The notes below the pieces were generated by a model. The model saw only the letters and a list, made by a program, of their open reading frames with translations. It was not told the DNA's origin and made no database searches. From the human T2T-CHM13v2.0 reference genome, Homo sapiens, in assembly GCF_009914755.1 (NCBI RefSeq), contig NC_060927.1: 64,000 nucleotides of DNA, one strand, 5' to 3'. Shown here one piece after another: positions 30,858 to 44,327 of this stretch. A program made the translations under genes and the position numbers. Positions within the stretch are counted from its first letter, which is position 1. Each line of letters begins with the position of its first letter.

Positions 30858-31194
30858 TCTCCATTTTTTTAGATAACTAGAGCCTAAGAGGGATTGACAA
30901 CTGGGTCCATGGTCACCCTGCTGCTATTTGGTAGAATGGATGTGAGACCCAAGCAGCCTCTGTTTGCCATAGTTTACACACAAAGGGGGCAATAAAGGGT
31001 CCTTGCAATGAGGATGTTGTAGGCCTGGAAGCAGGCTGCACACACCCACTCATAGATACAGTGGCACTCTCTCTAGCTCATTCCACACAAATTTGTCCAC
31101 TTTTGGTCATTTTAAATCCAATTTCAATTCCATTATTTCATTCTGGGAATGGAATACATAAATGTATTGTTGCATCACTTTTCAGGATGGATGA

Positions 31195-31740
31195 CAGAAT
31201 CAGTTAGAAGTTCCCCACAACTGCTTGAAACAGAGACTCACAGAAGAGTGGCTTAAAGAATATGTGGGTCTCTTTTACTGTAACATAATGTGATACGCAG
31301 AAGTAGGTGGTTCAGGGTTAATGCAGCAGATCCATGATTCCATCTGTACTCATGTTGTTTCCATCTTTTGACTCTGCCATCTTTAAGATACAGCTTCTGT
31401 TCTTCAGAGTGCCTCATAGACACAAGATGGCTATTGGAGCCCCACCTTCACATCTGCATTCCAGGCAGCAAGAAGGAAGAGATGGTGAAGGATAAAAAGG
31501 CATATACCAAGTGATTTTTCTTCCTCTTTTGAGGATCTTTTCTGGAAGCCTCATCCAGCAATGTCCACTTATAATTAATTGGCCAGAACTTAGTGAAAGT
31601 CTATTCCTAGCTTCAAGGGAGAATAGAAATGGCAGTTTTTAAAAGCTGGGTACTTCGATGCCTCCAGTAAACTCAGATTTCTTTTAAAAAGAAAAAGGGG
31701 GGAATGTATATTAAGCACACTCACCCCCATCTTTGCCACA
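31195..31740. mobile_element. MLT1J/K-type MaLR LTR
   Basis: CACAAGATGGCT...CATTCCAGGCAG...TTGGCCAGAACTTAGT...TGCCACA motifs. Confidence 0.65.
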
Positions 31741-32077
31741 GCTTTACTTTGCCTTGCTCTAGCTTTGGTCTCTGTAGCTAAAGACAACCCTGGAAAGCAT
31801 TTCCACAGAAACTAAGCTGTACGTGACTTCCACTATCAGAAATCTTAAAGTCTGTCACTATTCTAAACTTTTTTCTCTTTTCAACAGCAGCCTTAAGAGC
31901 ACAGCTCCTCTCTGGGCTGACCTCAGGTAGGAAACCAACTAGGTATGGGGGAAATCAACACCTTTGGCTTGGCTGTGCCCCATGGCAGCTGTGAGCCTCA
32001 GGGAAGTGAATGCATGTAACAGCCAGTCATAAACGACTGATGCTTCCTGATGTCACCAAGTCAATGCTCTTACTGCC

Positions 32078-32419
32078 TATCTTAGTTTGTTTTGTGCTGC
32101 TATAACAGAATACCCAAGAGTGAGTACTTCATAAAGAACAAATTTATTTCACCACAGCTCTGGAGGCTGGGAAATCCAAGATTAAAATGTTGTCATCTGG
32201 TGAGGGCTTTCTTTCTGTATCATCACATGGTGAGAAGGCAAAGACAGAGAAAGGCAAAAGGGGGCTGAATTCACCCTTTTGTAAGGGCATTAATCCCACC
32301 TATGAGGGCAGAGCCCTCAGGGCCTAACCACCTCTCAAAGGTATGCCTTTTAAAACTGTTACAATAGCAACTAAATTTCAACACAAGCTTTGGAGGGGAC
32401 AAACATTCAAACCATAGCA
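32078..32419 (-). mobile_element. MLT1A-type MaLR solo LTR
   Basis: Ends ACAAACATTCAAACCATAGCA; 5-bp TSD CTGCC at 32073-32077 and 32420-32424. Confidence 0.85.
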
Positions 32420-33360
32420 CTGCCATTGTCCGGAACCTTATTACTCAAATGAGATCCATGTACCAACAGCATTGGCACCACCTGAGAGCTGTGACAAAAT
32501 TAAGATTCTGGGCTCACCACAGATCTACTGAATCAGATCTGTGTTTTCACGAGATCCTGGGTAATTCATGTGCACATTAAAGTTTGAGAAGCACTTCCCT
32601 AAAGAGCTGGGGGTCTGTATCATGAGTGAGGTGACAGAAGGTAGGTGAGACTACCTGAAACACTTCCTCCAGCCTGATTTAAGTATCACGAGAAAGCCAT
32701 TCTCCTGCTCTCGGCTCAGTCTTCCCACCTGTAACATGAGGGGTCTGACTCAGATTCCTGCTCCATAAATTATGGTTTTGGACCAGCAGCATCAGCATCA
32801 CCTTGTTAGAAATGCACTCAGGCCCCACCCCAGAGTGACTGAGTAAGAGTCTGCATTTTTGCAGGCTCCCTGGTGATGCATCTATATATTAAAACTTGAA
32901 AAATCCTGCATTCAATGCTCTGTGTGCCCTGGAGTAACAGAAATCAAAGTAAGTTAGGCGACTGGTTCCAAGTTCCCAGACTATGATGTGGGTGATGGGA
33001 AATGACTGATTCTTGCAGCTTCATGACATAGGTTGAGTGGAGATAAACTCTCTGTGAAGACTCAGTGCCTGGCCGACTACAGGGTCAGGGAGCAGCGAGT
33101 GTGGTGAGCCACACCGCTGGTACTGTCCATGCCTGGGCTTGGTCTGGAGTGGGGATCAGGCTTGGGATATTCCTCCTCTGGCAGTTTTCTGGAGCTAGAT
33201 GGGTAGCTTTAGACAGAAGCAGGAGCTGCAGGCAGGGCCCTGGGGATGGCTGTCGATTGTGCCTTCCATCTTCCCTTCTCTCTCTCCAGGTTGGGTGGGC
33301 ACACCTGAGGTGCATCCATGAGCAGTGGACACACCAGAGTCAATATCACCTGCATTTTTC

Positions 33361-34128
33361 AGCCAATAGACACAAGAAAAAATGCTCATGATCACTGGCC
33401 ATCAGAGAAATGCAAATCAAAACCATAATGAGATATCATCTTATACCAGTTAGAATGGCGATCATTAAAAAGTCAGGAAACAACAGGTGCTGGAGAGGAT
33501 GTGAAGAAATAGGAACACTTTTACACCATTGGTGGGACTGTAAACTAGTTCAACCATTGTGGAAGACAGTGTGGCAATTCCTCAAGGATCTAGAACTAGA
33601 AATACCATTTGACCCAGCCATCCTATTGCTGGGTATATACCCAAAGGATTATAAATCATGCTGCTATAAAAACACATGCACATGTATGTTTATTGCGGCA
33701 CTATTCACAGTAGCGAAGACTTGGAACCAACCCAAATGTCCATCAATGATAGACTGGATTAAGAAAACGCAGCACATATACACCATGGAATACTATGCAG
33801 CCATAAAAAGGATGATTTCATGTCCTTTGTAGGGACATGGATGAAGCTGGAAACCATCATTCTCAGCAAACTATCGCAAGGACAAAAAAACCAAACACTG
33901 CATGTTCTCACTCATAGGTGGGAATTGAACAATGAGAACACTTGGACATAGGAAGGGGAACATCACACACCGGGGCCTGTCGTGGGGTGGGGGGAGGGGG
34001 AGGGATAGCATTAGGAGATATACCTGATGTAAATGATGAGTTAATGGGTGCAGCACACCAACATGGCATATGTGTACATATGTAACAAACCTGCACGTTG
34101 TGCATATGTACCCTAGAACTTGAAGTAT

Positions 34129-34158
<30 letters not shown>
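33361..34158 (+). mobile_element. 5'-truncated L1PA4/L1PA5-like LINE-1 with (TA)n tail
   Basis: ORF 33410..33832 is the ORF2p C-terminus; TSD ACCTGCATTTT(T)CAGC at 33348-33363 and 34159-34173. Confidence 0.95.
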
Positions 34159-34159
<1 letters not shown>

Positions 34160-35169
34160 CCTGCATTTTCAGCAGCAGAAGGAAGTGGAGCTTACTTCTC
34201 CAGTCGACTTGCCACTGAACACTTGGTTGTTAAAAAAGAATCCTTTAAAACTGTTTGATGTTTTGGACTAAATAAAGCTATGCTCCCACTCCAGTTGAGT
34301 TTATAATGGAGTCTAATTTTATAAAGAAGCCAATTAATGGCTTTGTAAATATAAATGAAAGGATCCCTGCCTTTTTCTCTTGACCAAAAGGCCGCAGAAG
34401 TAAGTCCTGTAAAAATGTCAAATTTTGCTCTAAAGAATGGCAGGACTTCTTCGATGAGAATAACAGGAAATGACTCACAGAGGGCACTCTGAGGCCGCAC
34501 AGCCATACAAAGGGGCCCCCTGCGCAGTAATGCCTGGCTGCTGGCCCCGGCCAACTGCAGAGAGGAAAGTGCCCCGCCCACGATGGAGGATGCTGTCCAT
34601 CTCCTCTAGGCAGGGGCTTCTCAGTGGGGCCCCAGGGACTGCTGGCATGCTGGCTTGTAGAGATGAACAACACGTGAGGCTGAGAGCTGAGGAGAGTCAG
34701 GATTTGATGCCTCAAGGAAAACTCATCTAGAAATAATGCTAAATTACCCACACAGAACTATCAGTCTAAGGACTATTACCTGTATTGGACTCTCTCTAGC
34801 TCTCATCTCCATCCCACTGGACAAGTTGGGTAGGGTTTATTGCAGAGCAGGTGGAGTTCTGGAAGATACCTCTCCTAATTTCTTGTGGACTAACTCAGGC
34901 CCGAATCTTTTATTCTGCCATCTAGCTCCCTATCTGCCTCCCTTGTACTTCCCTTCTTCCTTTTCTCCTGTAATCCTTTTTTCCTATTCCCTCCTCAATC
35001 CCTGGGCTCTGCCCCATCCAAGATCTCATTGAGATTGGGGGCTCTACCCTGGACTTCCCTGATTTCCAAGTGATGGGTCAGAAGATATTCAGAGGGAACA
35101 TACCAGTGCAACCACAGCATTGTTAAAATATAGAACTTTTTCCATAGCACTGGTTAAGTGGCAGCCACA

Positions 35170-36210
35170 GTGAGCCTCAGTATTAATCAGAAAGCAGAAT
35201 CTGTCTCAGATGGTTCAAGAAACTTTAGTAAAGTGACTATTTCCAGAAGTATAGATGGAGTTACATTAATTATCTATGCTATGTAACAAATCACCCCAAT
35301 ACATTGCAGCTTAAAGCAACAAATATTTATTATCTCTCACAGTTTCCAAGAAGTGAGAATTTGAGAGTGACTTAGCTGGGTGGTTCTGGCACAGGGTCTC
35401 CCTCACAAGGTTGTCGTCAAGCTGTCTGCAGGGGCTACAGTCATCTCTTCATCTCAAGACTTGCCCGGGGGCTGCAGGAGCTGTTTCCAAGCTCGGAATT
35501 GTTAACAAATTGCAGTTCCTTGCTGGCTATTAGTTAGGCTTCATTTTTTTTTGCCATGGGGGCCTCTCCATAGGGCTACTCGCAACCTGGTGGCCTGCCT
35601 TCCCCAGAGTGAATGATCCAAGAGAAAGCAAGCCAGAGGGCAGTCAAGACACAAGTCTCAGTCTGACACCCCCATTACTACTGCTGTCTGCCTCAAACCA
35701 AGGCATACAAAACAAACCAGGGATGATGTGGGAGAGACTATTCAAAGGGATAAATAGCAGGAGGCAAAGACCAGCAGGGGCCATCCCAAAGGCTGGCTAT
35801 CCAGGAGTTAAGGATGTTAGGCACTCAGAGACTAGCAATAGCAGGAAACCATTTCCATCCTTAGACTGGAAGGGGAAAAGGAAGACAGCATTGCTAGAGC
35901 CCAGGAAAGCTGGAACAATGGAAAAGGAGTGCAGGACAGGATTTGTAGCACTGGAGGAATATAGCCACTGCTAGAAACACAGCCTGGAGCAGGGAGGAAG
36001 CAGGGAAGAAAAACCCTGACTGCTTCTCTTCCTTTCCTTCTATCTCTTGCTGGTGCCTCCCATTGACTTAACCCAACTGGAAGTCAGTCAGCAAGGAAGT
36101 CCAGCTGATGCAGCCTGAAAGGATCTGTCTCTCTGGATACAGGTCAAGGAAGAGAAAAACAGATAATGAATCTGAGGTGGGAGTGTGGGTAAATGGATTC
36201 TAACCAGCAC
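35170..36210. mobile_element. MLT1F/H-type LTR (about 35262-35803) nested in an older ERVL-type LTR
   Basis: TGTAACAAATCACCCCAA...CTTAGCTGGGTGGTTCTGGC motifs; GGAGTTA repeated at both flanks. Confidence 0.6.
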
Positions 36211-38374
36211 CCCTAACTGTTCCCTATGCCCTCACCCCTAAAATGTCCTGGGATCCAACCTCTAAAGGGCGACACCCAGCTACATCTCTAATCCAGCCAC
36301 CCACTGCCTTCCTTTTGGCCAATCTCCAAGGACCCTCTCGCACTCAGTGACATTCCATTCTGTTTGGTCAGTGCCCAAGCCTCACCAGAGATTAAATATT
36401 TTTAAATATCACCTCTGGCTAAAACAGACAGCAAAGGAAATAATTTTAACTAAAGCAGAGAAGGATGGCCCAATGAGAGTCAAATGAGGGAGTTCGGTCT
36501 TGAAATAGGGAGAACCCATGTTTCACACACTAAAGCAGCCTGAACCAGGGCAGAAACAGGCTCTATATCCCACGGGGAAGGGTGCCCCTGGCTAAAAAAG
36601 AGCTGCCATTTTGGATTCGGAACAAATCTCTCAGCACCACCAGCATTTAATCTGTGGTTTGGCATGCTTTGTTGGGTTCCAGTGGTGGGGTGGGGGGCAG
36701 GGGACAGATCAGCACACTAAGCCCATGTTCCCAGACAGAACATCCTCCACACCTTTGTCTGAAAGCTGTTCTCTGCATAGCAAAAGGCTATGGAGAACTT
36801 GAGGGATGACAGGAGTGGTACTTAGCTTGGAATGAAGTTAGGCAGAGAAGCTTCCCCAGATTGAGTCCAGAGCTGCACTGGGATTCAATGAGAAGGAATC
36901 GAGAAGCAGAGGACATTCCAGTGGAGGGGATTGTTGTGAGGAGGATGTGGAGGCAGGAAACACAGGGATTATGCAAAGAACAGCCTGGGGGCTGGCAGAG
37001 ACTGAATGGGAAGTAATGAGTTTGGTGGATTAGAGGGAAAATGTCCATCATGGCCTGCAAAAGAAGACACAAGTGGCCTCATTCTTTCTCTCCCTGGGGG
37101 CTGCCTGAGCCATTTATCCTATGCCCGAGGCCAGCCGTGGCACATCTGGGCCGGCTGATGAAAAGTCCGTGATGGCAGGTGGAGTTGGATGTCATAAAGG
37201 AAAGGAGGCCAGGTCACTATAACTTGTCCTGTACTTTTGCATAATTATTTGCACATTGATTGTAACATGTTTACTGTCTAAATGAGCATAAACCCGTCAA
37301 GTATTTCTCTGTCTTTTCCAACACCTCTGGTTTTTGGCATTTCTGCCCTTGGCCATTCCTTTACAGACCTCCAACCCGGTGCGTGTCCCCTCTTCTTGCT
37401 CTGCTCACCCAGAGGTAAGGGCTCTTGAGGATGAACAAGCAGAGCACACACCTCAGAGAGCATTTGAGTCAGCCCTTCCGTTTTATTAATATCAAAATCG
37501 GGCCTAGAGAGGGGATGGGTCTTGGTGACGGTCACATAGCAAGTTGGTGGGAAAGCAGGGACTGTGAGGAAGGCAGGGAGGTTTTCTCAGCATTGAAGGG
37601 AGGGAGCAGGAAAGTAGCTTCAGGCCCCAGTGGCTCTGAGAAAAGGCTGCTGTTGGGCTCATCAGAGCATTCTTAAGTGTAATTGACTTTTAGGCATTAA
37701 ACTTTTACCAGAATGAGCTCACACAAGGTCTGTAGGGAGAGGGAAAGTGCCTGGCGTTTCCTGCCTCATGGGGCAGTGTCTGTATGGAAAGCCCCTCCTC
37801 CTGGCTACAGGATGTGGCCCTCTCCTGGGAGGGAGAAGAGAGGTGAGGTCCCGGGAGATGGTGCAGGCTAGGAAGCAGAGTGTTCAGTGCCCAACTTGTC
37901 CTCTCCAACGCTGGGTGGAAAGAGGACAGGGGTTTAGACCACCCACCCAACAGCCGTCAAGCAGTCATGCTCTGTGTAGAGAGAGACTACTGCAGGGGTA
38001 GGGAAGAGGAGACAGAGAGCTCAGTCCCTCCTCCTAGGACACAGCCCTCTCCTCTCCTGACCAATCTTGCTCACTGGTTTGTCCCTGAATCTGTCCTGCC
38101 ATCAATCATGAACCTTGTTTCAATCACTACCAATCTCTGGACATCAGTGTTCTCCTCTGTGTAATGAGCTGAGCCAGATGATGTGTTGAAGCTTTCTGAG
38201 TGTGGCCATTCCCTAATGAGGGCATTATCTTCATTCTTAGGTGGGCAGGTGCCAAGACATAGCAGCCATCCCTGGAACAGCTGCAGCCCCTCAGTTTGAC
38301 TTCAGAGCTAAAATGAGGGATGCTGAGGTTTACTGAGACTTCCATTTAAACCCCCAAACCTCAAGGGCAGGCTT

Positions 38375-41315
38375 TTTGTTACAAGTTTGTTGAAGCTGAC
38401 ATACTGTGAACTGCACACATTTAAAGCATACAACTTGATAAATTGTGACCCATATTATTCACTTGAGAAATCATTACCATGAACAAGATAGCAAACATAT
38501 CAACATCCTCAAAAGCTTCCTCCTGCCTCTCTATCCTTCTTTCTTATCAATCCCACTCTCACCCCCAGCTTACCATGGGTTTACTTGTCATTACTGTTTA
38601 GTTTACATTTTTTAGAATTTTAGATACATGCAATCACTCAGTTTATACTTGTTTTTGTCTAGTTTCTTTCACTCAGCATAATTCGTTTGAGAATCATTCC
38701 TGTTATTGCTATCAACTATCAATAGTTCATTCCTTTGTGTTTACTAGGTAGTATAGCATTGGATGGATATACCACAATTCATTTATCCATTCACCTGTTG
38801 ATAGATATTTGGGTTGTTTGCAGCTTGGGTCATTAAAAATAAAGCTACTATTAGTGTTTGTGCACAAGTCTTTGTGTAGGCATGTTTTCATTTCTATTGG
38901 GTAAATACCTGGGAGTGGAATGGCTGAGTTGTGTGGTTGGTAGGTGTACGCTTAACTTTACAAGAAATAAGGAAACTGTTTCCTAAAGTGGCTAGCTATT
39001 TTATGTTTCTACCAGCAATATATGACAGTTCCAGTTACTCAATATCCTCAACAAAACTTGATAGTGTCAATTTTTTCTTTCTTTTCTCTAAAGTCCACTT
39101 TATTGTTTTTCTTCTTCAAAAATTAGTACTTTATATGTTGTACTTAAGAAATCTTTGCCAACCCAAGATCATTCTCCTATGTTTTCTTGTAGAAATTTTT
39201 AGTTTAGCTCACATTTATGTCTATGTTCTATTTTGGTTAATTTTTGTATATGGTGTGAGGTAAGAATCAATGTTCGTTTTTGTTGTTTTTGTTGTACCTG
39301 AGTACCCAGTTATTCTAGAAACATTTTTTGGAAATGGTTTCCTCATTGAATCTCCTTGACATCTTTGTTACGTATCAATTGAACATATATGTGTGGTTCT
39401 ATTTCTTTTCTGGATTCTGTTCTGTTCTGTTCTGTTCTGTTCTGTTCCATTGAGCTATTTATCTATATTTATGCCACTAATACACCATCTTGATTACTAT
39501 AGCTATAGAACATTTCTTGAAATCAGGTAGTGTTGACCACTCCAACTTTTTTCTTCTTTTTCTGTTATTTTCGCTATTCTAGGTCTTTTGTATTTTCATA
39601 TAAATTTTAGAATCAGCTTATTAATTTCTACAAAAAACTTTCAGGGACTTTAGGATTGCTTTGGGGAAAAGTTATGTCTTAACAATATTGAGTCTTCTGA
39701 TCCATGACCATAGTATTATCTTCTTTAACTATTTAGATCTATTTAAATTTCTCAAAATGTTTTGTAGTTTTCAGTACACAGGTCTTGCACCTTAGTTGTC
39801 AAATTTATTTCTAAGTATTTCATATTTCCCCATGCTATTGTAAATAGTATTTTAAGTTTTAACTTACAGTTGCTCTTTGCTAGCATATAGAAATACAATT
39901 GATTTTAAAATAATGATTTTGTATCCTGCTGCCTCCCTAACCTCACCTTTTTTGTAGATTCCATAGGAATTTCTATGTAGTCAATTATGTCATTTGCCAA
40001 CAAAGACAGTCTTACTTATTTTCCAATGTATCTGGATGTCTTTTACTTTTTCTTGCCTTATTTTCCTGCTTAGGATTTTCTATACAATGTTGAGTAGAAG
40101 TTTCATGAGCAGCCTTCCTTGCCTTGTTTCAGATCTTTGGGGGAAAGTATACCATTATGTAGTTAGCTCTCCTTTATTTTATGCTCTTCGTCAGGTTGAG
40201 GAAATTCCCTTTTATGCCCAATTTGCTGGAATCTTAGAGCATTTTTTTAAAAAAATCAGGAATGAACGTTAAATTTTGATAAATGACTTTTTTTCCATCT
40301 TTTGAGATAGTCATATGATTTTTCTTTTTTAGTTCATCAGTATGGTGCATTACACTGATTGATTTTCAACTTCCGACCATTCATGTATTTCTGGGATAAA
40401 TCCCATTTGTTGTAATGTATTTTTAAAAACATATTTCTGGATTTGATTTGCTAAATTTTGTAAAATATCTTTGGATCTATGTTCATGAAGCTTATTGGTT
40501 TGTAGTTTCCTTTTCTTGATACGTCTTTGTCTGGTTTTTATACCAGGACCTCATAGAGTCAATTGGAAATATTTCTACTGCTTCAATGTTTTGCAAAGTT
40601 GTGTAGAAATTGAATTATTTTTTCCTTTCCTGGAGTTTTCTTTGTGGAAAGAATTTTAACTAAAAGCTCAATTTTTAACCTAGATATAGTACTATTCAAG
40701 TTATTTCTTCTTGAGTGAGGCTAGTTTATGTCTCTTGTGGAATTTATTCACTTCATCTAAGTTGTTGAGTTTATCAGAATAAAATTGTTTGTGATAATCC
40801 CTTATCATGTTATTTTCTGTAGAATTTATTGTCTATAGAATTAGTGGGTGATTCTACAACAACACGATAATAAGGGATTCATTCTATTCTCATTCCTGGT
40901 ATTGGTCATTTATAACTCTTCCTTTTTTAGCTGGAAATTTTTCAGTTTATTGATCAGCCCAAAGAGCCAGCTTTTGGTTTTATTGATTCTCTTTATTATT
41001 TTTCTGCATTCCATTTCATTAATTTCTCTCTTATCTTTATTATTAATTATCTTCTGATTAGGAGCATGTTTTTAGTTTCCAAAGCAGCTTTAGGGATTTT
41101 TCAGGTATCTTTCTGTTATAGATTTCTAATTCAATTCCATTGTGATTGAAAACATATTTTTAGGATTTGAATATTTAAAATTTATTGAGACATTTTATAG
41201 TCCCATCTTGGTAAATGTTCTATAAGTACTTAAAAATAATGTGTATTTTGTTCTTACTGAGTTCTATAAAAATCAGAGCAAGTTGGCTGATAGTTTTGTT
41301 CAAGTCTCCTATACC
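38375..41315 (-). mobile_element. Old L1M-family LINE fragments (3' end plus ORF2 remnants), with (TTCTG)n at about 39414-39446
   Basis: T-rich + strand with L1 motifs such as GGATATACCACAATTCATTTATCCATTCACCTGTTGAT, TTTTAGAATCAGCTT and GGGATAAATCCCA. Confidence 0.85.
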
Positions 41316-42282
41316 TTTTTATATTTTCACTCAGTCCTGGAGTGGTCACTCCCAACTCCAGGCAGGGCGTTTCCCTCACTTGATGTCTCCCCTGATTAGT
41401 GGTCCATCCCTTGAGGCTTTGGTGCCCTCCCATGGAATAGTAGAAACCTCTCTTTTCAAACTTCAATGTGAAAATGGATGATCCAGAACATTACTGAGAC
41501 CTTCACTTAGATCCAAAGCAATTTTTTTTTCAAGTATTGCTCTTTAAAACATTAATTTAGGAGAAAAACTGCGTAGAAGTCTAACTAGGGCTCATGAATC
41601 AATAGAATATGAGCCATCAGCATGATTTGGCTCCAGGTATATTTCCTATAGTCCTATAGCTCCAATATACCTCCTATACTTAAAATATAGGAAGAACTTA
41701 GAGTATGGAAAGGGGGCAGGGGAACTTGAAGCTGCACTGGCACCAATGACACAGTGTTTTTACTTAGCCTGTATGCTCATTCAGAGTATCTTGAATTGGG
41801 GGATTGGTGCAGATTAAAGGAAGCTAAATTAGTACCCCCAGGATACCTCTTGGTAGCACTACAGTCAGACTAGTACAGTTGTAGTCTACATTAATAGAAG
41901 TCTATTGTCCAAAAGGAAAAGATGTTCCATTGCTCCCTGCTCTTCTAAAACCTGGGCACCTGGTTTTAGAAGAGATAGATTAACCATATTTAGAAGAGAT
42001 AGATTAACCATAGATTGCCTGAAGAAGGGAGAGAATAGAAAAAGGATGGAAGCTCTGTCAAAATATTAGGGGACCAAATACATCTACAGAACTGAGTATA
42101 TTAAATTTGGAGAGGGAGCACAGCATCTCCCCAGTGTGAGTTTCCACATTGTAAAGACAACTTTAAAAACATGCATTACTTTGAGAGAAAAAGAAATGGA
42201 TGCAAAAGGTTCACAGACACTAGCAAGAAAACCCTGTACCTTCTGTTTAACATCAAGCACATTGTCTCTTTTTGTCTGAGAG

Positions 42283-42520
42283 GCAGTGCAGTATAGTGGT
42301 TGATAGCTTGAGACCTAGAGCCAGAATGCTTGGGTTTGAATCCTGACAAAACCTCTTACTGGCTCTCGAAGAAGCCTCTTATTTCCTCTACATGCCTTAG
42401 TTTCCTCATCTGTATAATGAAGGTTACAAATAGTTTCTACCTAATAGAGATATTGTGAAGAGGTAAGGCTGGTAAAGTGGTTACCTGGCCCAGAGTAAGT
42501 GCTCAATAAATGTTAGCTCT
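42283..42520 (+). mobile_element. Near full-length MIR
   Basis: GCAGTATAGTGGTT...GGGTTTGAATCCTG...CCTTAGTTTCCTCATCTGTATAATG...GTGCTCAATAAATGTTAGCT. Confidence 0.8.
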
Positions 42521-44311
42521 TGTTTTCTCAGTGCTACTTTGATTACTCCTTGTGTATCAAGGGACAGGATTGCCCATTCAATGACCCCGGAGGTTCTATC
42601 TGGGTTGCCAGGCAACAAGCAATCTGGAATCAGTGGCTTACCCTCCTTGAGCAGGAGTAGCTATACAGGATTTCGGATCCCCAAGGGCATTGGGTGTTAG
42701 AAACTGACATTCCAAGACTGCTCCCTGGAATAGCTGGCTCCCTGGCCCAATTGTTTATAAGGCAAGCTCTCATCTTCGCCCTATAAAAAGGTAGAGCAAT
42801 AAGGGGTGGGATTCTTTCCTGGATCCTGCATGCTGCTTGGTGGAAGGGATGAAAAGGTGGGACTGTGTATCTCATCTTGTTGACCCAATTTCTCCAAGGA
42901 AGCCTGCTCTGTTCTCACATTACATGTCATGGTATTTACTGTCACCTACTACCCCACATTCTTCTCTGAACTGTCTCACTCCTCTTCACCTTCATTCCCT
43001 GAAAACATACCCTCAGGGCAAGTCCCTTGCCTGCTTCTAGAGCTGGGTGTACTCTCTCTCTCCCATGATGTCTGCTCCTGGGGTTTCAGACATCACCTTT
43101 GCACCGAAGACTCCTGTCCACACCTTGTCCTCAAGTTCAAGTCTTGGCTGGGCATTGTCAGTTAGACCTGACATCTTAAACTTTCAAAATATTTAAAATT
43201 GAATTACATTTTAGATGTTCTTCCTCAGCCATTAAAACAAACAAACAAACTCCAACCCTTGCTCCTCCTATGCTATTAACTTAGTACCCTTTACTGTCAT
43301 CTATCTTGTCCTCCCTCATGGTCAGGCAGCTGGCACAAGCATCTTGGAATCACACCGCATTGCCCTCACCTCCTTCCTGGCTCAGTGCCTCTTCCCTACC
43401 AGGATCAGACCTTGTTTTTCTCCATTCCACCTTGCACATTCTATCCAGTTATTTTTCTTCCCTGCTAAAACACCTTCAATGCCTTCTTATTATCAAAATA
43501 CGCTAGAACTCCTCACTCTGGCATTTGAGGCTCTCCACAAATGTCTGTGTCTAAGATTCAGTTGCTGCTGCTCCACTCCCTATACTCCATGTCCAGTCAG
43601 TTGGGTAATTCATACTTCCTCACACTTTCTAGTTGCCATTGAGCTGCCTGTACTGTCTCCCCGACTTCAAACACCCTCCAAAACCAGGTTCACCTGTCAA
43701 AATCCTACATACCTGTCAAGCGCATCCATCTCAGATGCTCCTCTCTCAGGAGGTCTTTCTGTGAGCTTGCTTCATTCATGTCCTCAGAGCAGAGGCATGT
43801 TTCTGGTTTATTACACTTGTTATGTTGTATTGCATTATTATTGCATGGACACTCATCCAATTCTCCTGCCAAAGAGCAAATATGCTCTTGAGACTATAGT
43901 CCTATAGTCTATTTGGTTAGAAGCAGTTTACACAAAATACACTGCATTCATCCTTGGAACATGTCTGCCAGATGAATTGCACGGGGGCTGATCTACCTAG
44001 AGTAAAGAAAACTCAGAGAATAAGGGGACTGGATTCATGTGCCTGGAGGGCTGTTTGCAGTGGAAACTCAGTATGTCCCAGGGAAACAGAGCTCACACCA
44101 ACATCTCTGCCTCCTGAGGGTGTCCTGGATCCTCTCGCAGTGAGCAATATTTCTAGGGATATTACTATGAGCTTTCTATCACCCATCCAGGGTTTAGATA
44201 ATTCACCATATCCTGCCTGGGCTCTTCTCCCTTCAACCCTATGGCTTTCTAAGTGCCAGGCCTGTGTACAGATGATGTGCAGCCCTCTCCGAAAAGAACA
44301 TGTTGGACATT

Positions 44312-44327
44312 TGCTGCCATCTAGTGA
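44312..44327 (-). promoter_or_regulatory. Candidate CTCF site
   Basis: Minus strand TCACTAGATGGCAGCA versus core consensus CCASYAGRKGGCRSYA (1 mismatch). Confidence 0.5.

Noticed and set aside
36630-36650. REST/RE1 site (also 490-498 and 5545-5558)
   Set aside because: Only the left half TCAGCACC is present, with no GGACAG half at a valid spacing. I found no canonical RE1 by eye; a PWM scan would settle it.
43344-43907. 187-aa ORF (and the 142-aa ORF at 43954..44382)
   Set aside because: Non-ATG starts, no recognisable domain or splice structure; the first lies in CT-rich L2-derived sequence.
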